Both the position numbers and the translations under genes were made by a program. Shown here piece by piece: positions 10,276-18,078 of a stretch of 20,000 nt of DNA (positions are counted from its first letter, which is position 1; each line of letters begins with the position of its first letter). The notes under the pieces were generated by a model. It was not told where the DNA came from. It searched no databases and saw only the letters and a program-made list of their open reading frames with translations. The stretch comes from Saprolegnia diclina VS20 (lineage: Eukaryota). The stretch spans positions 301,623 through 321,622 of the forward strand of contig NW_008246113.1 of NCBI RefSeq assembly GCF_000281045.1. The letters are read 5' to 3'.

Positions 10276-10769
10276 ATGCGAGCTACGCACGCGACTCGGC
10301 ATCGCGCTCGTCGTCTTGACCAACACGAGATGACGCAGTTTCAGGGCGGCCTGTCTGAAGCGCTTGCGACGGCGCACCGAATGGCAGGACACGGCGCCGT
10401 CTTGTGCAAGCCAAAGGCCAGCACGCGGCACTGGCGATGCAGCTCTAGCCAACGTTTCTGCAACAGCGCGATATTGCCGTTGACCCGGCGACGAGGTGTT
10501 TACGATGGACCGTGCCGCGGCGGCCCACAGCGTCGCACTCCTCGAGACGCTGCGTAAACGCCGGCTCGGGCGTTGCTCGACCAACGCCCTCCACGTCGCG
10601 GCACTGGTCCACGATTCGGTTCCTTGTGACGCATCGCGCGGAAGCAAGTCGCGCCTTCTTCGACGACATCTTCCACAGCTACGACGTCGTTGCCTACTTG
10701 CGCATGCATCGACTGGACTGTGGGTATGTCCTCAAGCAGCCACCGCTGCAGTCGCGTGTCGTCCAGTGA
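10276..10769 (+). pseudogene. Frameshifted ankyrin/CaaX-family pseudogene
   Basis: Family peptides occur in order but in changing frames (at least 3 shifts): GIALVVLTN / TQFQGGLSEALA..GAVLCK / TMDRAAAAHSVALLETLRKRRLGRCSTNALHVAA / IRFLVTHRAE..VVAYLRMHR..SRVVQ*. Confidence 0.8.
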
Positions 10770-11272
10770 GCCAAGGTGTGTTCTTTCTTGTCGATGGTTT
10801 GAGGAAGTGACATTAGTCATCGACACGACGGGTCATGTACTTTAGCGATGGTTCAATATGCTAGCTGGAGTCAATGTCCTTGATGGTGCGAATGTCAATC
10901 AACGCTGTAGGACGCGTCGTGGGGCGGAGCCGTCGCGAGCTGGCGGTAGGGCTAGGGTTGCCACGGCGAGGGATGGGGTAGTCTTGGACGGGGTACTCCT
11001 GCCAGCTGGAGGCCGCTACAACTCAAAAACGCTAGGCCTCTTGAGTGGTATCGGCTGTCATCAAGAGAGGCTCATGATAACGAAAATGTTGCTTCTGATG
11101 ATCGATCGAGCATCGCAAGAGACTACGAGGTGTGGAGCAAACCTAGCTTTCGTCGATGACGCGCTTAGAGACAACCGCCCGTCATCGCCTTGGCACGCAC
11201 GCTACCCGTAGGCAACCGAGAGCTCACTTTCCACCCACACAATATGACTTTTCATACAGTTGGCACGTTACA

Positions 11273-11902
11273 CTAGACCACGGACCGGCCCCACGTCCAG
11301 CGCTTCTGACAAAACCGGCACAACATCGCCGCGCAGCCCGACCGGCGATCCGTAAAGATGCCGCAGTGGGGGCACTGCTGGTAGCGCCAGTCGCGTGCGC
11401 AGTGGTAAAAGGCAACGTCGTCGGCCGTGAGTGGCCCCGTCGTCTTGCAGAGGCGCTGGTACTCGGCGCACGACAAGCCGAGGTGCCAGCGGCAATGGCA
11501 CGTGCTGCAGAGCTCGGTGCGGCAGCGCGCACACGGCACGCGCGGCTTGAGCCCCGCCACACTCACGTACTGGCACTCGGGGCAGGCGACGCCACGGCCT
11601 TTATGGAGGCGGTACATTTGTGCGACACGCGACCGCGTCTCCGGGGGCAGCGTGAGGCCGCGTACGTGGCACGGCCCAATCACCTCGCTGCAGCCCTGGA
11701 CAGGACAGGTCATCGGGCCCGGAAAAGACAAGTACTGGCGCAAACACGCGACGCAGACGCAGTGGCGGCACGGTAGCTCGTGCCATGCGTCGTGATCCAA
11801 CCGCGGTCGACGCAGCACGGCGCGGAGGAGGGCACTGTACCACGCGACGGGCGTGCACGCGTCGTAGCAGATGACGCAGGTCGTGTGCGCCTTGGGGCCC
11901 AT
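11273..11902 (-). CDS. Minimal RBR-type (RING1-IBR-RING2) E3 ubiquitin ligase-like protein, 209 aa
   Basis: RING1: CVIC..LPCRHCVCVAC..CPVQGC. IBR: CPEC..CARC..CSTCHCRWHLGLSC. RING2/Rcat: CPHCGIFTDRRSGCAAMLCRFC. Start taken at the ATG at 11902. Confidence 0.88.
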   Translation of the reverse strand: MGPKAHTTCVICYDACTPVAWYSALLRAVLRRPRLDHDAWHELPCRHCVCVACLRQYLSFPGPMTCPVQGCSEVIGPCHVRGLTLPPETRSRVAQMYRLHKGRGVACPECQYVSVAGLKPRVPCARCRTELCSTCHCRWHLGLSCAEYQRLCKTTGPLTADDVAFYHCARDWRYQQCPHCGIFTDRRSGCAAMLCRFCQKRWTWGRSVV

Positions 11903-12614
11903 TGAATGCACTCTGGCCAAATGACCGTTGGATGGGACAGAAGGCGACCCATCACGGCCGCCGCCCCGTCCCATGCGAAGCCGAAAGCCGGGCTAGAACG
12001 GCAAAGCCTGGAAGAGCAATATGCTCTTTTGCAAGACAGTGGACTCTATGCTGTGCTACTGGGCGGTGCTTCGTTGAGCCGAGTTATCGAGCGAGCATCA
12101 AGCCAAGTGCTGGTATTCTGTTGTGTGCAGCGTTTCCGTACAGAATCTTGAAACAGAATACCAGCTCGAAATGCTGTTCTCGCGCTTGCAACTTGGCCGC
12201 TTGCTCGTACCAAATGCTGCTTGGCGATGCTTGAATAAGACCCGACGAAGCGCTCGGTGGCCTACAAAATCGTGGTGATCGTGCAACGTTTGGCTGCGTT
12301 GCTGTCGTGAAACATGCAACTTACACGTGTGCAGCGCGATCCACTGTATCGAAACGCTGGATGTTCAACTGAATTCCGCACTGCATCAACAAGGTAGGAC
12401 ACCAACGCAGCGACAACCCTTTCCACGTCTATTATGTAGCATAACCTTATAACATACGAGTGTCGAGATCAATTCACCAAAGGTGTGAGGACACTGTATA
12501 GAAGAAAGTCTGTCAGACGTCTGTGTCCTGTTGGTGGCCGTGTCTAGCTGCGACACGCGCGTCCTGGCCAATCCTCGGTCAACCAGGCGACCAGAGTACA
12601 AATTGCCGTCCACC

Positions 12615-13277
12615 ATGCACATCAAGCTGCCCTTCAAGCGCCAGCCGCGCATCGTCGGCGGGCCGGGCCTCGCCGTGCTCACGGACCCGGACCTCTTCAC
12701 CCTCGTGGCCTCGTACCAAGACGGGCTGCCCAACTCGCTCGTCCACGAGTTCCGGCGCTACAACGAGCGCCTCGAGCGGCTCTTCTACAAGTCGCAGCCA
12801 AACCTGCGCGCGCGCACGTCACCCGCGCTCTTCCGCGGCTACGTGCTCGTCAAGCTTCTCAAAGAAGGCGACGTTGACTTTGCACTGCAGCTGCTTCGAA
12901 TGTGCCCAACGAACGCGCTTCTCCTCATTCCGCACCGCGGCGTCAAGTACCCCGTCACGATGGACCACGCGGTGCGGGCGCGGAGCCTCCCGCTGCTCGC
13001 GTCGCTCCACGAACGCGAGCTCGGTACGTGCACGCGCGATGCGATGGACATTGCAGCGGCCAACGGCGACCTCGAGATCGTTCAGTTCCTGCACGAGCAC
13101 CGCAGCGAAGGCTGTTCGTCGGACGCATTTCTGTTTGCGGCCAAGCGCGGGCATACGGACGTCGTGACCTTCCTCCGCGAGTATCGACCGGCAGACGAAG
13201 ATGTGATGCCGCTTCAGCCCCATGGCCGCGCGATCACGGGCAAGGACGCTTCCAAGGCGGACTGCGTCGTGCAGTAA
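12615..13277 (+). CDS. Ankyrin-repeat protein with C-terminal CaaX (CVVQ), 220 aa
   Basis: VLTDPDLFTLVASYQDGLP motif; FRGYVLVKLL; TMDHAVRARSLPLLASLHERELGTCTRDAMDIAAANGDLEIVQFLHEHRSEGCS. Ends TGC GTC GTG CAG TAA. Confidence 0.9.
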   Translation: MHIKLPFKRQPRIVGGPGLAVLTDPDLFTLVASYQDGLPNSLVHEFRRYNERLERLFYKSQPNLRARTSPALFRGYVLVKLLKEGDVDFALQLLRMCPTNALLLIPHRGVKYPVTMDHAVRARSLPLLASLHERELGTCTRDAMDIAAANGDLEIVQFLHEHRSEGCSSDAFLFAAKRGHTDVVTFLREYRPADEDVMPLQPHGRAITGKDASKADCVVQ

Positions 13278-13766
13278 GCGACGCGTGTTTGACAGCGATC
13301 AAAGGTGTCGCCACGTCGTCGCTGCAGAGCGCACCGAGCATTTGTCGAGGTGCCTATGCAAAAGCGCGAGACTGCGAGATAGGACATGGGCGCGGATAGA
13401 GTAACATTGAAGCAAACCAGTACAATTTATATATGTAAGCAGAACGGCGTCGGCATCGTTGAAAGAAGCACGGATCCGAGAGCTAGAAAGCTATACAACG
13501 CCACACTGTGGCTAGGGTCCATGCATTCTCTACTCTTGACTGTAAGTAGTACGGCCCGACGACGAAACTCTGGTTCGTCCCATATTGCGTCGACACTGCA
13601 CGCTTCCAAGGGTTCAGAAACCTTGGAGTCTTCGTACACCATCCAACGTCTGCGACGCCTTGGGTCGGCTCCATTTTTGACACGACTCGAAAAAGAATCG
13701 AGGACAGGTTGTAGAGTCCCATGACGATGATCCAACGACAAATGTATATGGTATATAAAAATATAT

Positions 13767-13847
13767 GAACGTGTTTCGCGTTATCTTCATAATTACACAG
13801 ACTTCGCATACGTAGAGACTAGCAATCTCCTTCTTCTTCATTCGCTC
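13767..13847 (-). repeat. Dispersed repeat, copy 2
   Basis: Reverse complement gagcgaatgaagaagaaggagattgctagtctctacgtatgcgaagtctgtgtaattatgaagataacgcgaaacacgttc, followed by an AT-rich tract. Confidence 0.9.
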
Positions 13848-13871
13848 AAATGTATATTAGTAGGAAATGGT

Positions 13872-14507
13872 CTATTGCACGATGCAACCAATCGCTCCTG
13901 CGCCGGGATCATATTCGCCGCGAACGCGTGTTTCGCGTCGATGTTCGTCTTGCGGGCGATTTGCTTTGAGAAATGCGAGGACCGCCTTGTGTTTTTTGGC
14001 CTTCTTGAATGCAAGCCGGGAGCAGCCTTCGGTGCGATGTTGATGCAGAAACTGGACGATGTCGAGGTCGCCGTTGGCGGCCGCAATGTCCATGGCGAGC
14101 TGCGAGCAAATGCCAATGGCTGGTCGAGCGTGCAGTCGCTTCACTAACGACAAGTTGCGCGCGCGGACCGCATTGTCGATCGTGTTGCGGATGAGGATCG
14201 AGACGCGCGATGGGAGTTTGATGTCGTCGTCGTTTGAAAAGGTGTCGAGGAATGTGTGGGCGACGTCGCAGTGGTCGTCTTGGAGGAGGCGACAGAGGAG
14301 GTACCCGCGCATGTACAGCGGATCTTGCATTTGGTTGAGCTCCGGGTGGATGTGGTACTGGACCTTCTCGAGCTTGGCGTAGTAGAGCTGGAACATGTGC
14401 TGTAGCGAGCACGGCACGCCGTCTTGGTAAGCGAGGATGAGCTCCCACAAATCGGGCTGCGTGAGCACGTCGCGGGCCAAGCTCGACGATGAGACGAGCG
14501 CGCTCAT
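13872..14507 (-). CDS. Ankyrin-repeat protein with C-terminal CaaX (CIVQ), 211 aa
   Basis: ATG 14507 chosen by alignment to paralogs. VLTQPDLWELILAYQDGVP; MRGYLLCRLL; AMDIAAANGDLDIVQFLHQHRTEGCS; basic KKAKKHK. Ends TGC ATC GTG CAA TAG. Confidence 0.9.
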   Translation of the reverse strand: MSALVSSSSLARDVLTQPDLWELILAYQDGVPCSLQHMFQLYYAKLEKVQYHIHPELNQMQDPLYMRGYLLCRLLQDDHCDVAHTFLDTFSNDDDIKLPSRVSILIRNTIDNAVRARNLSLVKRLHARPAIGICSQLAMDIAAANGDLDIVQFLHQHRTEGCSRLAFKKAKKHKAVLAFLKANRPQDEHRRETRVRGEYDPGAGAIGCIVQ

Positions 14508-15014
14508 GGTGATGCTGTAGGTCCTTGGTCTCTTTTTAAAACTGCCTGGGAAGCCAGGATGGACAGACATCATGTCGCACGCTGTGTCCAACAGCTTGTC
14601 CACACCAGATTGCAGGTTGATTTGGTGGTGTTTTTCTATCCCATTTTTCCGCGCCATTTTTGCATTGGCAGCGAGGTGCGTCGTCACGACATTGCCATTT
14701 TGTCATATTGTATACTAGTAGCTCCAAAATGTTATACCAATCGTAGATGACGCTTGCGGTCGTTAGATGAACAACGTTGTCCATATTGTTAGTCTCGAAA
14801 AGGACGGACACAAGCCGTTGACGACAGTCTCGACCGCCGCTGGCGTCTCTCGATGAGCTCAAGAAACTGCGTAGCGTTTCCCGCAATGGCGACGCCTGAA
14901 AGGCCTGTACGAAGCGTGACGGCATGGGCGTCACTCGTGGCCGAAAGCGGCCCCGGGCGACTACAAAGAGCAAGACGAGCCCACGCACCGCCGCCTGCGC
15001 AGCCACGGACCGGC

Positions 15015-15092
15015 GAGCGAATGCCGAAGAACGAGTTTGCTAGTCTCTACGTGAGCGAAGTCTAGGGAAGGAAGATAACGCGAAACACGTTC
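15015..15092 (+). repeat. Dispersed repeat, copy 3 (inverted relative to copy 2)
   Basis: gagcgaatgccgaagaacgagtttgctagtctctacgtgagcgaagtctagggaaggaagataacgcgaaacacgttc then ttatatat. The terminal 22 bp are identical to copy 2. Confidence 0.9.
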
Positions 15093-15130
15093 TTATATAT
15101 ACAGCGTTGTTCATAGTATCAGAAGGACAT

Positions 15131-16324
15131 TTATTGCAGTATGCACGCCGGCGTGTCCGCCACGATCGCCTGGTCCGCTGGCCGATGCGCGGTTAAAAAT
15201 GCCAGCACCTCTGTATGCTTGTGCTTGGCTGCCATCTCAAACGCGCGGCGCGTGCAGCCTTCGGTGCGGTGTTCGTGGAGAAACTGAACGATCGCGAGGT
15301 CGCCGTTGGCGGCCGCAATGTCCATGGCGTGCGACGTGCACTTGCCAAAGCGACATTCGTGCAAGCCCGCAACAAGCGCGAGACTTTTGGCGGCCGCGGC
15401 GTTGTCGACAGTTCGCTTCAGATCGTTTGGGAGGGCCGAGAGGAGCTTTATCTCTCGACGCTGGCCAAATGTTCGCAGAAGCAGAAGAGCTTCGGGGACG
15501 CGGGCGTCGTGGATCAGCCGGCACAGCACGTAGCCGCGAAAGAGGGATATGTCGGTCGCCAAGTGGCACAGACCAGGGTGATCCAGATAGTGCATGTGAT
15601 GCAACTTCTCTCTAAACTCGGCGAAAGCGTCGACAAGCGCGCGCGGAATATGGTCTTGGTACTGCGTGATGCGCGCAAACAACGGCCGGGTCGTGAGCAC
15701 TGACGCCGCGAGACGTCCGAGCTGCGAACGTCGCGTGCCCCGCGGTTGGTCGGGGCGGTGCGCCTCAAGGAACTCGAGAATGCGCGGGTGACGCTGTGCG
15801 ACGTCGTACGCGTTTACCGAGCAGCCTTCGCGACGCTCGTGGTACAGAAACTGAACGATCGCGAGGTCACCGGCGCCGGCCGCGACGTCCATGGCTAGCG
15901 ATGTGCAGCGGCCAAACCGGCGGCTATGCAGTGCCTGAAGCAGTGGCAGACTGCCGGCGCGCGCCGCATTGTCCATCGTGTCGGCAAGGGTCAAGGGCAC
16001 GAGCCGACGCGGGAGCAGAACGTCCTTTGGAAGCGGGAAGAAGCGCAGAAGAAGTAGCGCCTCGGAGATCCGCGCCTCGGCGACGAGGCGGCACAGTATG
16101 TAGCCGCGCAGCAGCGGCGGTGACGTGAGCTCGCGCAGATCCGGGTGGTCGAGGTAGTGCACGTGGCGGAGCTTGTCGCGGTAGGCGCGCACGGCGTCGC
16201 TGAGCGCTTTCGGGAGGCCAGCTTGGAAGCCAAAGATGAGTGCCAAAAGGTCTCCTTGGCCGAAGACCACTGCCGCGGCCGTAGACGTCGGCGCGCGTCG
16301 CGGTTGTCGCCAGCGGGGCGCCAT
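15131..16324 (-). CDS. Double-module ankyrin-repeat protein with C-terminal CaaX (CILQ), 397 aa
   Basis: Two complete family modules in tandem (VFGQGDLLALIFGFQAGLP...HRPD and VLTTRPLFARITQYQDHIP...HRPAD). Each has HYLDHP.L, RGY.LCRL and AMD.AA..GDLAIVQFL..R.EGC. Ends TGC ATA CTG CAA TAA. Confidence 0.92.
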   Translation of the reverse strand: MAPRWRQPRRAPTSTAAAVVFGQGDLLALIFGFQAGLPKALSDAVRAYRDKLRHVHYLDHPDLRELTSPPLLRGYILCRLVAEARISEALLLLRFFPLPKDVLLPRRLVPLTLADTMDNAARAGSLPLLQALHSRRFGRCTSLAMDVAAGAGDLAIVQFLYHERREGCSVNAYDVAQRHPRILEFLEAHRPDQPRGTRRSQLGRLAASVLTTRPLFARITQYQDHIPRALVDAFAEFREKLHHMHYLDHPGLCHLATDISLFRGYVLCRLIHDARVPEALLLLRTFGQRREIKLLSALPNDLKRTVDNAAAAKSLALVAGLHECRFGKCTSHAMDIAAANGDLAIVQFLHEHRTEGCTRRAFEMAAKHKHTEVLAFLTAHRPADQAIVADTPACILQ

Positions 16325-16792
16325 TGTGTTGATACGCGAACAGTGCGAGAGATATGCTGCAGCGACGTCAATCCAACCCCGTTGGACACCAACGTACCGG
16401 ACGTACAGGAATGTACTGTACGACCTTCTGTAGACCGTACATTCTCGCTTACGAAACGGTTCAGCTGCACCCTTCGATGGCAGTTACATGACGACATGTA
16501 ACTGTCGTAGACACAATGTCGTTTTGAAACGTCCAAGCCGTAAACAACAATTGTTTTAGAGAAAGCAACGAATCCATCCTATTGTTTGCTATTCAGCGTT
16601 CAACAATCGACCGCAGGAAATGGGATACTTCGAGTCATACATCCCACGTCGTACCAGAAGGTGCGAGGTCGAGGTCCGAGGGCCGAGGTTGTTGCGACTG
16701 ACATCTCTCCACAACTCCACAAGGAGCTCCGGACGCTGTTTATCTATAGTAATCACACAGGACAATGTACAATTAAAAACTAGAGCTCACGA

Positions 16793-17410
16793 TTACTGAA
16801 TCGCACACGTCAACACATGAGACAGCGGCACCTTGGGCTCACCGTAGACCGGTGGCCGGATCCGCGCGTCGTTGGGTCGATTTGCCTTGAGAAACGCCAG
16901 GACCTCCTTGTGTTTCTTTGCTTTTTTGAACGCAATCTTGGAGCACCCTTCGCGTCGATGCGTATGGAGAAACTCAACAATGGCCAAGTCCCCGTGCTCG
17001 GCCGCGAGGTCCATGGCTCGCACCGAAGCTGCGCCGAGGCCCCGTGCGTGGAGCCGCTTGATGAGCGCCAAATTGCGGTGCTTGGCCGCGCTATCGATCG
17101 TCCACCGAAGCAAGGGCGCGAGGCGCGACGGCAGCCGAATGTCGTTGCTGCCCGGAAACGTGTCTAAGAGCTCGTTGGCTTCGTCGCAGTAGCCTTCGCG
17201 GATGAGGCGGCAGAGCATGTAGCCGCGAAGACGAATCGGGTCGACCAGTTCGCTCAAGTCGGGGTGGTAAAGATATTGCACTTGGTCGAGCTTTTGATGG
17301 TAGAGCGCTAGCATGTGATGCAGTGTGCACGAGACGCCGGCTTGGTACGCAAAGATGAGCTCACGCAAATCGGGCTGCACAAGCACGTCATAGGCCAAGG
17401 ATGAAGCCAT
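16793..17410 (-). CDS. Ankyrin-repeat protein with C-terminal CaaX (CAIQ), 205 aa; closest paralog of 13872-14507
   Basis: MASSLAYDVLVQPDLRELIFAYQAGV; LRGYMLCRLI; AMDLAAEHGDLAIVEFLHTHRREGCS; AFKKAKKHKEVLAFLKANRP. Ends TGT GCG ATT CAG TAA. Confidence 0.9.
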   Translation of the reverse strand: MASSLAYDVLVQPDLRELIFAYQAGVSCTLHHMLALYHQKLDQVQYLYHPDLSELVDPIRLRGYMLCRLIREGYCDEANELLDTFPGSNDIRLPSRLAPLLRWTIDSAAKHRNLALIKRLHARGLGAASVRAMDLAAEHGDLAIVEFLHTHRREGCSKIAFKKAKKHKEVLAFLKANRPNDARIRPPVYGEPKVPLSHVLTCAIQ

Positions 17411-17604
17411 CGTACTTTTTGGTTGGAGGGACAATGCGACTGTGAGAGACGACGTGGACGAGACACAGTGTGGACGTGGACACGATGAGTCAGATTATCA
17501 CGTGCGACACGACATGTCGCACTGCACTAGGCTCCTTGAGGACGTCCGCGAGAACAGTGGAAGCGGGAGCACAAGTGAGCGAGGAAAGCAAAACATACAA
17601 GTGA

Positions 17605-17978
17605 GAGCTTCAGGTCTCTAGTAATGACTCAACTGGTGGACTGCGTGGCCCGAAAGCCCGAGCGATGAACCGGATGGCAGGCCGGTTACTTCCGACCGGG
17701 TTGTGGCGAGGAAAAACGGTTAGCCACGCCTAACCCTAGCGGCTAGCTCCGGGCAACAGCCACCTCCACTGAAGCCAGAGACGTGAGCTCTGTTGGCGGT
17801 CACCAACCTTGTGCGTGGAGCCCTTGGGAACGTACCGTTCCGACTTCCGGGTAGAACGACCGGAAGGACGCATTTGTTTACTGACATCAGTAAGGACGAT
17901 GCGGCCAGAGATAGTACTACAGGAAATTATACCAGTAGGATGCCACAGTCGTGGAAGGGCCGCCGTTCGAGGTGGGCG
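17605..17978. other. Hairpin-rich non-coding segment (candidate structured RNA or transposon UTR/terminus)
   Basis: Four nested long-range stems and at least five local inverted repeats were read by eye. No convincing ORF. The segment runs into the assembly gap. Confidence 0.4.
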
Positions 17979-18078
17979 NNNNNNNNNNNNNNNNNNNNNN
18001 NNNNNNNNNNNNNNNNNNNNNNNNNNNNNNNNNNNNNNNNNNNNNNNNNNNNNNNNNNNNNNNNNNNNNNNNNNNNNN
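17979..18078. other. Assembly gap (100 N, probably a placeholder of unknown size)
   Basis: Run of exactly 100 n. Confidence 0.99.

Noticed and set aside
10202..15092. The three repeats as a CRISPR-like array
   Set aside because: The copies are kilobases apart, in mixed orientation and in a eukaryotic context, with no cas genes.
9119..17410. Ankyrin cluster as secreted RxLR/CRN effectors or an endogenous giant-virus insert
   Set aside because: No signal peptides or RxLR/LFLAK motifs were seen. Codon bias matches host genes and there are no viral core genes in the window.
17445..17605. Short repeats (gtggac three times, acaagtgag twice) upstream of the 17410 gene
   Set aside because: Too short and irregular to call a regulatory array without other data.
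17809..17978. Apparent N-terminus of the 382-aa TRP ORF
   Set aside because: Joined across a 100-N placeholder gap. The pre-gap sequence lacks coding bias and channel features.
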